From NCBI GenBank assembly GCA_965222155.1, contig CBDCTH010000011.1:1-19961 (forward strand): DNA of 19,961 nt, given 5' to 3'. Origin of the DNA: Gammaproteobacteria bacterium (lineage in GTDB: Bacteria; Pseudomonadota; Gammaproteobacteria; Eutrophobiales; Eutrophobiaceae). The notes below the pieces were generated by a model, which saw only the letters and a list, made by a program, of their open reading frames with translations, was not told the origin of the DNA and ran no database searches. How positions within the stretch are numbered: the first letter of the stretch is position 1; each line of letters begins with the position of its first letter. Positions 1-11,904 of the stretch are shown here, in pieces. The position numbers and the translations under genes were made by a program.

Positions 1-183
1 CGTGTGCGGGAATGGTACGGAGGGTGTCTACTGACTTTGAGATGCCCCTGTTGTCAGGAACATTGCTGTCCGTAGCTGTAACGCATACTGTGTTTTCCTG
101 GTGTTTTCCAACATAAAAAGGTTACAAGCAGTTTTTCCATTGTAGAATGTCGGTACTCAAATCAGACTGACAGAGGAAATGTA

Positions 184-840
184 ATGTTGAAAGCACAAAA
201 GTTTTGGTTATTTTTCGTTGCCCCCGGGGTTTTATCGGCCTGTTATCAGGAGGCGAAGGTCGCGGATGGCGAGGCATTCCGGGTGCAGGCGGCGGATGTG
301 GATAAGAGCAATCCGAACTGGAAACAGCAACTTGACAAGCCCGGGGTTATGGACTTTAAACCCGGCGAGAAATACTACTGGGAGATGGAAACCAACGTAG
401 GCAATATGAGCTTCCTGCTGTTCCACGAGAGCACGCCCATGCATGTGAGCAGTACGATATACCTCACCGAGCTGGGGTTTTATGATGAGGTGCTGTTGCA
501 CCGGGTCATCCCCGGATTCATGGCGCAGGGCGGCGATCCCACCGGCACCGGACGGGGTGGTCCCGGCTATCGTTATGAGGGCGAGTTTCCCGCGGGCCTG
601 TCCCACGATCGCCCTGGACTGCTGAGCATGGCGAATGCCGGGCCCGGAACGGACGGCAGCCAGTTCTTTATAACCTTTGTGCCTACTCAATACCTGGATG
701 GCAAGCACACAATCTTCGGGGAACTGGTAGCCGGTCAGGAAACGCTGAAGGCCCTGGAAGAACGCGGCAACAACAGCGGCCGGACTGTCGAGAAACTGGA
801 GATCATCAAGGCCACTATCCGGCGCGAGACCGTATCCTAG
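184..840 (+). CDS. Cyclophilin-type peptidyl-prolyl cis-trans isomerase, predicted lipoprotein
   Basis: Cyclophilin motifs [42 protein letters not shown] and [10 protein letters not shown]-terminal hydrophobic stretch ends in lipobox LSAC (Cys20). SD AGAGGA lies upstream of the ATG. Confidence 0.93.
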   Translation: MLKAQKFWLFFVAPGVLSACYQEAKVADGEAFRVQAADVDKSNPNWKQQLDKPGVMDFKPGEKYYWEMETNVGNMSFLLFHESTPMHVSSTIYLTELGFYDEVLLHRVIPGFMAQGGDPTGTGRGGPGYRYEGEFPAGLSHDRPGLLSMANAGPGTDGSQFFITFVPTQYLDGKHTIFGELVAGQETLKALEERGNNSGRTVEKLEIIKATIRRETVS

Positions 841-863
841 AGAACCGCTGTATGGAGCAAGGC

Positions 864-3524
864 ATGACTGACGATAAACTAAAAACCATTACGGTAAATA
901 ACAAGGAATACCGGATTTATTCACTACAGGCGCCGGACGGGAGGCAAGACATCAGCCGCCTGCCCTATTCCCTGAAAATCCTGCTGGAGAACCTGTTACG
1001 CCACGAGGACGGGGTCAATATCACCCGCGCCGACATCACTGCCCTGGCCGATTGGGATGCGAAGGCAAAGCCGGAACAGGAGATCTCCTTTACCCCGGCC
1101 CGGGTATTGATGCAGGACTTTACCGGCGTCCCGGCTGTGGTTGATCTCGCCGCCATGCGCGACGCCATGCAATCACTGGGCGGCGACCCGGAAAAGATCA
1201 ATCCGCTGTCGCCGGCTGAACTCGTCATTGATCATTCAGTGATGGTGGACGTCTTCGGCACGGCGGATGCGGCGCAACGAAACGCGGTCATTGAATTCAA
1301 ACGCAACCGGGAACGCTATGAGTTCCTGCGCTGGGGACAACAGGCGTTCTCCAATTTCAAGGTGGTGCCGCCGGACACCGGCATTGTGCACCAGGTCAAC
1401 CTGGAATACCTGGCCAGGACGGTGTTCACCAGGGAGGTTGACGGCGTGGTCGAAGCCTATCCCGATACCGTGGTCGGCACCGATTCCCATACCACGATGA
1501 TCAACGGCCTGGGCGTACTCGGCTGGGGCGTGGGCGGTATTGAGGCGGAAGCGGCAATGCTGGGACAACCTATCACCATGCTGATCCCCGAAGTGGTCGG
1601 TTTCAAACTCAGCGGCGCGCTGCCTGAGGGCGCTACGGCCACGGACCTGGTCCTGACCGTGGTTGAAATGCTCAGGAAACACGGCGTGGTGGGCAAGTTC
1701 GTCGAATTTTACGGAGACGGCCTGGACAACCTGTCGCTGGCCGACCGGGCGACCATCGCCAACATGGCGCCGGAATACGGCGCGACCTGCGGCATCTTCC
1801 CCATTGACCGGGAAACCGTCAATTACCTGCGCCTGTCAGGCCGGGATAATGAGCAGGTTGAACTGGTCGAGGCTTACGCAAGGGCGCAGGGGATGTGGCG
1901 TGACACCGGGACGCCGGAAGCCGATTATTCCGCCACCCTGAGTCTTGATATCGGCACGGTAACGCCCAGCCTGGCAGGGCCGAAACGGCCCCAGGACCGG
2001 ATCCCTCTGGCGCATGCCAAAGACAGTTTCCGCGGGCACCTGGCGGACGCTACCAGGGGTCGGGACGGTGGCGGGGTTGCCCGGGTGGAAACGCCGCTGG
2101 GTGACCATTACGATTTGAAAGACGGTGCGGTAGTCATTGCGGCCATCACCTCTTGCACCAATACGTCAAACCCCTCGGTAATGGTCGGCGCCGGGCTGGT
2201 CGCAAAAAAAGCCGGCGCGCGTGGGCTGGCGGTCAAACCCTGGGTAAAGACCAGCCTGGCGCCGGGCTCCCTGGTAGTGCGCGACTACCTGAACCGGGCC
2301 GGGCTCACGGCTGATCTCGACAACCTGGGATTCAATATCGTCGGCTACGGTTGCACCACCTGTATCGGCAATTCCGGCCCCTTGCCCGAGGAGGTAAGTC
2401 GGGGGATTGCGCAAGGTGATCTGGTCGCTACTGCGGTATTATCCGGCAACCGCAACTTTGAAGGCCGGGTTCATGCAGAAGTCAAAATGAATTTCCTGGC
2501 CTCGCCGCCGCTGGTGGTCGCCTATGCAATAGCCGGAACGATGGATATCGACCTGCAGAATGACCCCCTGGGCCGCGACGCCGACGGCAACGCCGTCTAC
2601 CTGAAGGATATCTGGCCCAGCCAGGCCGAGATCAATGGCGTCATCGCCGCATCGGTCGATTCGGACATGTTCCGTAATTCATACCGGCAAGCCTTTACCG
2701 GTGATGCCAACTGGACCGGCATCAACGTCCCGGAGAGCAACCGCTATCAATGGAGCAACGACTCCACTTACGTACAGAACCCTCCTTATTTTGAGGGCAT
2801 GAGCGCCACGCCAGACGCGCTTGAACCGATACAGGGCGCAAGAATACTGGTAAAGCTGGGCGACAGCATCACCACCGATCACATCTCCCCTGCCGGCGCC
2901 ATCAAGGCCGACACGCCGGCGGGCAGGTACCTGATCGATAAAGGGGTAAAGCCGGTGGATTTCAACTCATACGGCTCCCGGCGCGGCAACCACGAGGTGA
3001 TGATGCGCGGCACCTTTGCCAATATCCGTTTGCGCAATCAACTGGCGCCGGGAACTGAAGGGGGATGGACCATACACCAGCCTTCCGCTGAACAGATGTC
3101 GATTTACGCGGCGGCGATGAGGTACAAGGAGGAAGACGTGCCCTTGATCGTCCTGGCAGGCAGTGAATACGGCACCGGTTCATCCCGGGACTGGGCGGCA
3201 AAAGGCGCCAGGCTGCTTGGCGTGCGCGCGGTGATTGCAGTCAGCTTTGAGCGCATACACCGTTCCAACCTGGTCGGCATGGGGGTGCTGCCCCTGGTGT
3301 TCAAGCCCGGTGAAAATACCGATAAACTCGGTTTGACGGGGCGGGAAACCTATTCCATCCACGGCCTGGAAAGCGGCGCCAGGGAAGTCGGGGTCAGCGC
3401 CAGCGCGGATGACGGGACCCAAACTGAATTCACTGCGATTGTCCGGGTGGACACACCAAAGGAATGGGACTACTACAACAACGGCGGCATCCTGCACTAT
3501 GTCCTGCGGGAATTAGCCGCCTGA
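864..3524 (+). CDS. acnA: Aconitate hydratase A (AcnA/IRP family)
   Basis: Motifs [72 protein letters not shown] (Fe-S cysteines), TTDHISPAG and [15 protein letters not shown] 864 has GGAG 6 nt upstream; the ORF track start at 852 is the alternative. Confidence 0.97.
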   Translation: MTDDKLKTITVNNKEYRIYSLQAPDGRQDISRLPYSLKILLENLLRHEDGVNITRADITALADWDAKAKPEQEISFTPARVLMQDFTGVPAVVDLAAMRDAMQSLGGDPEKINPLSPAELVIDHSVMVDVFGTADAAQRNAVIEFKRNRERYEFLRWGQQAFSNFKVVPPDTGIVHQVNLEYLARTVFTREVDGVVEAYPDTVVGTDSHTTMINGLGVLGWGVGGIEAEAAMLGQPITMLIPEVVGFKLSGALPEGATATDLVLTVVEMLRKHGVVGKFVEFYGDGLDNLSLADRATIANMAPEYGATCGIFPIDRETVNYLRLSGRDNEQVELVEAYARAQGMWRDTGTPEADYSATLSLDIGTVTPSLAGPKRPQDRIPLAHAKDSFRGHLADATRGRDGGGVARVETPLGDHYDLKDGAVVIAAITSCTNTSNPSVMVGAGLVAKKAGARGLAVKPWVKTSLAPGSLVVRDYLNRAGLTADLDNLGFNIVGYGCTTCIGNSGPLPEEVSRGIAQGDLVATAVLSGNRNFEGRVHAEVKMNFLASPPLVVAYAIAGTMDIDLQNDPLGRDADGNAVYLKDIWPSQAEINGVIAASVDSDMFRNSYRQAFTGDANWTGINVPESNRYQWSNDSTYVQNPPYFEGMSATPDALEPIQGARILVKLGDSITTDHISPAGAIKADTPAGRYLIDKGVKPVDFNSYGSRRGNHEVMMRGTFANIRLRNQLAPGTEGGWTIHQPSAEQMSIYAAAMRYKEEDVPLIVLAGSEYGTGSSRDWAAKGARLLGVRAVIAVSFERIHRSNLVGMGVLPLVFKPGENTDKLGLTGRETYSIHGLESGAREVGVSASADDGTQTEFTAIVRVDTPKEWDYYNNGGILHYVLRELAA

Positions 3525-4697
3525 AGCAACAAGCTCCGTTTTTTGTCTTTGCGAAATATATGATGTGACAAGCAGCGCGAGCATCACGCAGTAGCACAGA
3601 CTGGTAAACCGCAGGACTGCAATCATGTCGAATTTTTCAACGATAAATGAACTGGCAGCAGGTGCGATGGCAGTTCCCAGCGCCGAGTTGAATATCAGGT
3701 AACTGATCATCCTCGGAGTGGGCGCCGCAACCAGCATGATGCCGAATGCGATGATCAGTTTCAACATCCCACCGGTAACAAGACCCAGGATAAATATGCT
3801 GACAGTCAAATGCGAGACTGAATCGACACTCCACAAGGTAACAGTCAACACGGTAGACAATACACCGGAAATAAATATGACCCTGGTCAGCGTGAACCTG
3901 AGTACAAGGAAGAACATTATCAGCTGGCCGATAAACATACCCAGGAACAACCGGCTGACCAGTTTGCCTGCCATATCCGGGTTCAGATTAAATTGTTCCT
4001 GGGTGTAATTGGGTATCCAGGAATAGATCGTGACAAAGCCTGCCAGGTAGATCAGGATAGCAGCGCCGATCAGGTAAATTTCAACAGGCCAGTAGTTGCC
4101 GGCGCCTGCATTAACGGGAGTGGAACCCTGTCTCGACGTAGCCGGGTAACTGGAGAACCAGGCAATGAGGGCTATGAGCAGCGCTACTGAAAAAGCAAGC
4201 AGGTAGGCGCTGCTCCAGTGCAATTGGTTCAGAATAAATTTACCGGCAAGAAAAGTGCTGATGACACCGGCCATACTGTAGAACGAATCGGTCAGCAGCA
4301 TCATTGACGCGCGCAGTCCGGAAGTATAGATATTTGTGATGACGACTATCGCAGCCGTCAAATTCACGCCGCAGGACAGGCCGACCACAAACAACCATAA
4401 CGGAAAAAAGAGATAGAGATCGACGATATAGATACTTGCCAGTGAAACACAGGTCAATCCCGAACAACACAGGATGATATTCTTTATCCGGGCCAGGTCG
4501 AAAATAACCAGCGAAATCAGGGTGCCGACCAGGATTCCAGCAGTCAGGTAGCTGAAACCGGCAGTTGCGGTGGTTATCGAGAGGTCGTAGTGTCGGGCAA
4601 TTGGGGCGGTGACGATGCCCAGCGGCGAAATAACCGCAGACATGACAAAATAAGCCATAAAGCTCGTCAATGTAATCCTGTATTTGTTTGCCGGCAT
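3513..4697 (-). CDS. tsgA: MFS transporter, TsgA-like
   Basis: 394 aa with about 12 hydrophobic segments. [11 protein letters not shown] and the N-terminus ([13 protein letters not shown]) resemble my recollection of E. coli TsgA (LLFTDSFFSMAG). Overlaps the acnA 3' end by 12 bp, convergently. Confidence 0.75.
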   Translation of the reverse strand: MPANKYRITLTSFMAYFVMSAVISPLGIVTAPIARHYDLSITTATAGFSYLTAGILVGTLISLVIFDLARIKNIILCCSGLTCVSLASIYIVDLYLFFPLWLFVVGLSCGVNLTAAIVVITNIYTSGLRASMMLLTDSFYSMAGVISTFLAGKFILNQLHWSSAYLLAFSVALLIALIAWFSSYPATSRQGSTPVNAGAGNYWPVEIYLIGAAILIYLAGFVTIYSWIPNYTQEQFNLNPDMAGKLVSRLFLGMFIGQLIMFFLVLRFTLTRVIFISGVLSTVLTVTLWSVDSVSHLTVSIFILGLVTGGMLKLIIAFGIMLVAAPTPRMISYLIFNSALGTAIAPAASSFIVEKFDMIAVLRFTSLCYCVMLALLVTSYISQRQKTELVASGG

Positions 4698-4754
4698 CGG
4701 TCAGGGAAGGTTCGTTGTCAGGGAAGCGGGATGCCCGGCTGGAGTCTTCGCAAA

Positions 4755-5423
4755 CTATTTCAGTATTCCATTCATTAAAATCTGTTTAATGTTTTTCCTG
4801 GTTTGATTATAAAATCTTGGGTCGTCAAGGTTTTTCCCCAGTACGGAATCAATTTGTATGGCAAAATCCGCATAATGTTGTGTCACGGCCCAGATCATCA
4901 TAATCAGGTGGTAGGGGTCGATATCAACCATCTCCCCCCGTTTCACCCATTTTCTTATCACCCGGGCCTTTTTCTTTACTATGTCACGTAAATAGGTATC
5001 CAGCACGGGCTTCAGGATGGGCGCACCGGCGGCAATCTCATTTGCGAATACACGCGATGACATTGGGTACACCCTGGAAAATTCTATTTTCTGGTCAATA
5101 TATGCGCCGATTTCGTGTTCCGGCGATTCCTTCTCGTCCAGTTCCTTCAAGGGTTGCAGCCATATTTCCAGGATGTTGCGCAACACGGTGAGATAGAGTT
5201 CTTCCTTGGATGAAAAATAATAGAGCAGGTTCGGTTTGGACATATCGGCCTTGTCTGCGATCTGGTCGATTGTCGCACCCCGGTAGCCGTACATGGAAAA
5301 GATTTCTGTCGCCGCATTCAGGATTTTTTCCCTGTTGCGGACCTGAATCCGGCTGTCTTTCTTCCTGTGCTCCTTCTGTTCCAGGTCCAGGGCGTCAAAC
5401 AGGGGAGGGTTTGAACTCAACAT
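4755..5423 (-). CDS. rutR: TetR-family pyrimidine-sensing regulator (RutR/PydR)
   Basis: HTH ATIDQIADKADMSKPNLLYYFSSKEELY. RutR-type C-terminal motifs LEIWLQPL, SRVFANEI and DPYHLIMMIWAVTQHYADF keep the Trp/Trp/Gln uracil-binding positions. Divergent from the pyrimidine catabolic operon. Confidence 0.9.
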   Translation of the reverse strand: MLSSNPPLFDALDLEQKEHRKKDSRIQVRNREKILNAATEIFSMYGYRGATIDQIADKADMSKPNLLYYFSSKEELYLTVLRNILEIWLQPLKELDEKESPEHEIGAYIDQKIEFSRVYPMSSRVFANEIAAGAPILKPVLDTYLRDIVKKKARVIRKWVKRGEMVDIDPYHLIMMIWAVTQHYADFAIQIDSVLGKNLDDPRFYNQTRKNIKQILMNGILK

Positions 5424-5468
5424 AATTTGCTCACTTGGCTTGATCTAGTTTTTAATTTGTCGGCATAT

Positions 5469-5484
5469 TTGACCAAAGGATAAA
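5469..5484. promoter_or_regulatory. Putative RutR operator
   Basis: TTGACCAAAGGATAAA matches the RutR consensus TTGACCAnnTGGTCAA at 11/14 positions and lies between rutR and the -35 of the catabolic operon. A perfect half-site TGGTCAA is at 5561-5567. Confidence 0.65.
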
Positions 5485-5491
5485 ATAAAAA

Positions 5492-5520
5492 TTGTCGAGA
5501 ATAAAGTTCGCCTTTATAAT
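5492..5520 (+). promoter_or_regulatory. Sigma70-type promoter of the beta-ureidopropionase-hydA-mmsA operon
   Basis: TTGTCG (5492-5497), 17-nt spacer, TATAAT (5515-5520), 74 nt before the GTG start at 5595. Confidence 0.7.
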
Positions 5521-5594
5521 CTATCTTTGGCTTATGCCTGAACGGTATTATATACAACACTGGTCAAAGTCATATCACAAGAAGGAAACAGCCC

Positions 5595-7944
<2,350 letters not shown>

Positions 7945-7959
7945 AGTAGAATACGACCC

Positions 7960-9495
7960 ATGAGATCAATACAAGCAGTAGAAAACCTGAATGCAAGCGA
8001 CCGGATAGTCGGTCATTACATCAATGGCCGGACAATAACAGACGGCAATGAACGTACCCTGGCAGTTTATAATCCCGCTACGGGCCAAGTCGCCCGCCGG
8101 GTAGCGCTGGCGGGTAAGGCAACGGTGGAAAAAGCCGTTGCAGCAGCAGCAGCGGCCTTTCCGGGATGGCGCAGCACACCTCCTGTGAAACGTGCCCGGC
8201 TCATGTTCCGTTTCAAGACCTTATTGGAACAGCATGAGAATGAGATTGTCAGCCTGTTGACCGAAGAACACGGTAAAGTCCTGGATGATGCATGCGGCGA
8301 GTTTACCCGGGGTGTGGAGGTGGTCGAATATGCCTGCGGCGCGCCCGAATTGTTGAAGGGAGAGCACAGTAAGGACGTCGGTCCCGATATCGACAGCTGG
8401 TCCGAATTTCAACCGCTGGGAGTGGTCGCCGGCATTACGCCATTTAATTTCCCGGCCATGGTGCCTTTATGGATGTACCCCATGGCCATCATCTGCGGCA
8501 ATACGTTTGTGTTGAAACCATCGGAAAAAGACCCGAGCGCACCGACCCGTATCGCTGAACTGCTCCAGGAAGCAGGATTGCCGGACGGTGTATTTAATGT
8601 AGTCAATGGCGACAAGGAAGCTGTTGATGCGTTATTGACCGATCCCCGGGTGCAGGCTGTCAGTTTTGTCGGTTCAACACCCGTGGCTGAATACATCTAT
8701 CGCACCGGGACGGCAAACGGAAAGAGAGTACAGGCACTGGGAGGGGCGAAGAATCACGCCGTTGTGATGCCGGATGCCGATACTGACAATGCAGTGAACG
8801 CGTTAATGGGCGCCGCTTATGGCTCCTGTGGCGAGCGCTGTATGGCCATTTCCGTAGTAGTCTGTGTCGGTGATGCGGTAGCCGACGAGATGGTAACCCA
8901 ACTGGCCGCGCGGGTAACAGGCCTGAAGATCGGTCCGGGTATCGACAGCCGTAATGAAATGGGTCCCCTGATCAGTAAACCGCACTTTGAAAAAGTACGC
9001 AGCTACGTTGATACAGGTATCGCGGAAGGCGCAGAACTGGTGGTGGACGGACGCGAGATTAATGTTCCTGAGCAGCCGGAAGGCTTCTTTATGGGCGGCT
9101 GCCTGTTTGACCGGGTCACACCGGACATGCGTATATACAAGGAGGAAATCTTTGGCCCCGTATTATGCATGCTGCGCGTCCAGAGCCTGCAGGAGGCAAT
9201 GCAACTCATCGATGAACATGAATACGGAAACGGCACCTGCATATTTACCCGTGACGGCGGCGCTGCCCGTTATTTCACTGACAATATACAGGTCGGCATG
9301 GTCGGCGTCAACGTGCCCTTGCCGGTACCGGTTGCCTGTCACAGTTTCGGCGGCTGGAAACGCTCCCTGTTCGGCGACCTGAGCATTTACGGTCCCGATG
9401 CCATACGTTTTTATACACGGCGTAAAACCATCAGCCAGCGCTGGCCTTCAGATTCCGTTGAGAAAGCGCAGTTTTCCTTTCCCAGCACTCAGTAA
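7960..9495 (+). CDS. mmsA: CoA-acylating (methyl)malonate-semialdehyde dehydrogenase
   Basis: GITPFNFPAMVPLWMYP, LKPSEKDP, SFVGSTPVAEYIY, QALGGAKNH, catalytic GERCMAIS, EEIFGPV and GMVGVNVPLPVP. Confidence 0.93.
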   Translation: MRSIQAVENLNASDRIVGHYINGRTITDGNERTLAVYNPATGQVARRVALAGKATVEKAVAAAAAAFPGWRSTPPVKRARLMFRFKTLLEQHENEIVSLLTEEHGKVLDDACGEFTRGVEVVEYACGAPELLKGEHSKDVGPDIDSWSEFQPLGVVAGITPFNFPAMVPLWMYPMAIICGNTFVLKPSEKDPSAPTRIAELLQEAGLPDGVFNVVNGDKEAVDALLTDPRVQAVSFVGSTPVAEYIYRTGTANGKRVQALGGAKNHAVVMPDADTDNAVNALMGAAYGSCGERCMAISVVVCVGDAVADEMVTQLAARVTGLKIGPGIDSRNEMGPLISKPHFEKVRSYVDTGIAEGAELVVDGREINVPEQPEGFFMGGCLFDRVTPDMRIYKEEIFGPVLCMLRVQSLQEAMQLIDEHEYGNGTCIFTRDGGAARYFTDNIQVGMVGVNVPLPVPVACHSFGGWKRSLFGDLSIYGPDAIRFYTRRKTISQRWPSDSVEKAQFSFPSTQ

Positions 9496-9524
9496 CAGCT
9501 TAACGGGGGGAAGTTCCGGCGAGG

Positions 9525-9550
9525 TGGATTCCGGGTCAAGACCGGAATGG
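9525..9550. repeat. REP-like palindromic element
   Basis: TGG-ATTCCGG-GTCAAGA-CCGGAAT-GG has a 7-bp stem. Its reverse complement shares the CCATTCC...GGAATCCA frame with the element at 13018-13043. Confidence 0.6.
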
Positions 9551-9661
9551 AATACTGGCGTCTATCGACTTTTAGATGGACCGCCCTGTCACTATTAATC
9601 CGCGCAAATTTTGTTTCGTTGGTTATACTGGCTGCCTTTGCAATATTGAGGGCTTGTCAGG

Positions 9662-10405
9662 TTGTCCGGTCATATCATCGAACTTGAACAAATAAGCAAA
9701 TCCTACGATGACAAACCGGTTATTCGGGATGTCTCCCTGGCGCTGCCGGTAAATACCACGACAGCGATTGTCGGGGAGAGCGGCAGCGGCAAGTCAACCC
9801 TCCTGCAACTGATCAACGGACTGGTTTTACCTGATTCCGGCAGCGTTCGGATACAGGGTGAGTTACTGGATTACAGCCGTTTACCCGGAATACGCCGCAC
9901 CATGGGTTACGCCGTACAGGGAGCAGGCTTGTTTCCCCATCTCACGGTAAGGGAAAACGTAACCCTGGTGGCCAGGCTTGATGGATGGCCGGCCGGCCGG
10001 ATCAGGGACCGATATGACAACCTGCTGGCACTGTTTGGCCTGGATGACGAATTATCCGGACGCTCCCCCCACAGTCTGTCCGGCGGGCAGGCACAACGGG
10101 TGGGATTATGCCGGGCCATGATGCTGGACCCGCCGTTACTGTTACTGGATGAGCCATTCTCAGGACTCGATCCCATTATCCGCGCGTCCATCTACCGGGA
10201 AATGCTGCAACTGGAACATATCGGCGACAGGTCCATCCTGCTGGTGACGCATGATATGAGTGAGGCAGCCAGACTCGCCGAGCGGCTGGTAATCCTGAAA
10301 CAGGGTCGGATAATCCAGCAAGGCAGCATGCAGGAGATTAAAACAAGCCCGGCTGACGACTATGTCAGGGAGTTATTCCTGAACGAGGCCTGGGATGATG
10401 GCTAA
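9662..10405 (+). CDS. ABC transporter ATP-binding subunit, osmoprotectant (OpuA/OpuCA/ProV-like), no CBS domains
   Basis: Walker A GESGSGKST, Q-loop GYAVQGAGLFPHLTV, signature LSGGQAQRVG, Walker B LLLLDEPFSGLDP, H-loop VTHD. TTG start with GAGGG upstream. Confidence 0.88.
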   Translation: MSGHIIELEQISKSYDDKPVIRDVSLALPVNTTTAIVGESGSGKSTLLQLINGLVLPDSGSVRIQGELLDYSRLPGIRRTMGYAVQGAGLFPHLTVRENVTLVARLDGWPAGRIRDRYDNLLALFGLDDELSGRSPHSLSGGQAQRVGLCRAMMLDPPLLLLDEPFSGLDPIIRASIYREMLQLEHIGDRSILLVTHDMSEAARLAERLVILKQGRIIQQGSMQEIKTSPADDYVRELFLNEAWDDG

Positions 10406-11885
10406 TCCACGGCGTATCCTCACGCTTCTACTCCTGTACCTGCTCTGTATGCCGGCGAGTCTCGCCCAAATCACTGTCGGGAGCAAAAACTTCAATGAAA
10501 GCTACCTGCTGGCCGAAATAATTGCACAGTCGCTGGAATTGGAAGGGTTCAGTGTTGACAGGAAGTTTGGCCTGGGCGGCACACTGGTCTGTTACGAGGC
10601 CCTGGCGAACGGCGCGATAGATGTTTACGTGGAGTATACAGGCACCCTGGCGGAAGTCATCCTGAAGACAGATATTCCGGCAACGGCCCTGGACCAACTG
10701 AATACCGCGGTCTCGGAACGGGGCCTGCAGGTACTCGATCCACTCGGGTTCAACAACACGTACGCCCTGGTGATGCGGGAAAAAACCGCCGAAGAGAAAG
10801 GGATTTCATGGATATCGGACCTCGCATCCCACCCGGAACTGGTTCTGGCCTTCTCCCTGGAATTCCTGAATCGGGAAGACGGCTGGCCCGGCCTGGACGC
10901 GACTTACGACCTGTCCGGAAAGCCCACAGGTATTGAACACGGTCTGGCCTACCAGGCCATCGTCGATGGGTCTGTTGATGTGATTGACGCCTACTCCACT
11001 GACGGGGAACTGTCCAGGTATGCCTTGACCGTGCTCGACGACGACCGAGGTTATTTCCCGCAATATTTTGCTGTCCCGTTTACGCGCCTGGACCTGCCGG
11101 ACAGAGCCAGGGAAGTCCTGCTTGGCCTGTCTGGAAGAATCGACGATGACCGTATGCAGGAACTGAACAGGATGACGACCATCGACGGTAAGAGCTTTGC
11201 AGAAGTTGCGAGTGAATTCATCCGGGATGAAGGACTGGGGGATACGGAAGTTGAATACGGGCTTGTCTCTTCGATCCTGGGCAATACCGTGACCCATCTC
11301 AAGCTGACGGCTATAGCCCTGGCCCTGGGCTGCCTGTTGGGTCTGCCGCTGGGCATTCTTGTTTTTCGCATCCGTTCCGTGGCGAGAGTCACCGTTTACC
11401 TTGCCGGGTTGCTGCAGACCATCCCTTCCATCGCATTACTGGCGCTGATGATCCCGCTGTTCGGGATTGGTGAACGACCGGCGATCATCGCGCTGTTTCT
11501 GTATTCCCTGTTGCCCATACTGCGAAACACCATTACCGCGCTGGTCACTATCGACCCGCTGTTGAAACGGGTGGCCGAAGCCATAGGCTTGACCAGGTGG
11601 GAACAACTGCGCCATGTATTACTACCGATGGCGCTACCGACTATCCTTGCGGGCGTCAGGACGGCAGCCATCATCAGCATCGGCACGGCGACCCTGGCTG
11701 CGTTCATCGGCGCAGGCGGGCTGGGTGAACCTATCGTAACCGGACTGGCGCTGAACGATACCAACCTGATCCTGCAGGGCGCCATCCCGGCGGCGGGCCT
11801 GGCCATCCTGGTGGAACTTTTCTTTGAGTTACTGGAAAGATTACTGGTGAAACCTCACATGCTGGCGGGGCAGTTGCCGAAATAG
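10395..11885 (+). CDS. Betaine-type ABC transporter, fused substrate-binding (N-terminal, OpuAC-like) and permease (C-terminal) protein
   Basis: Signal peptide, then ITVGSKNFNESYLLAE, YVEYTGT, GFNNTYAL, EFLNREDG, DAYSTDG and FPQY. C-terminal permease has QTIPSIALL, an EAA-loop region (VAEAIGLTRWEQL) and IGAGGLG. Overlaps the ATPase gene. Confidence 0.88.
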   Translation: MMANPRRILTLLLLYLLCMPASLAQITVGSKNFNESYLLAEIIAQSLELEGFSVDRKFGLGGTLVCYEALANGAIDVYVEYTGTLAEVILKTDIPATALDQLNTAVSERGLQVLDPLGFNNTYALVMREKTAEEKGISWISDLASHPELVLAFSLEFLNREDGWPGLDATYDLSGKPTGIEHGLAYQAIVDGSVDVIDAYSTDGELSRYALTVLDDDRGYFPQYFAVPFTRLDLPDRAREVLLGLSGRIDDDRMQELNRMTTIDGKSFAEVASEFIRDEGLGDTEVEYGLVSSILGNTVTHLKLTAIALALGCLLGLPLGILVFRIRSVARVTVYLAGLLQTIPSIALLALMIPLFGIGERPAIIALFLYSLLPILRNTITALVTIDPLLKRVAEAIGLTRWEQLRHVLLPMALPTILAGVRTAAIISIGTATLAAFIGAGGLGEPIVTGLALNDTNLILQGAIPAAGLAILVELFFELLERLLVKPHMLAGQLPK

Positions 11886-11904
11886 TTCTGGTGAGAAATC
11901 CGGG

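Noticed and set aside
1-183. Short ORFs and a TGTTTTCC direct repeat (91-108) at the left edge
   Set aside because: No recognisable protein in any frame, and the repeat is short and low-complexity.
9496-9661. Possible riboswitch or sRNA upstream of the ABC ATPase
   Set aside because: Apart from the REP-like hairpin I could not recognise a conserved aptamer motif; an Rfam/Infernal scan would be needed.
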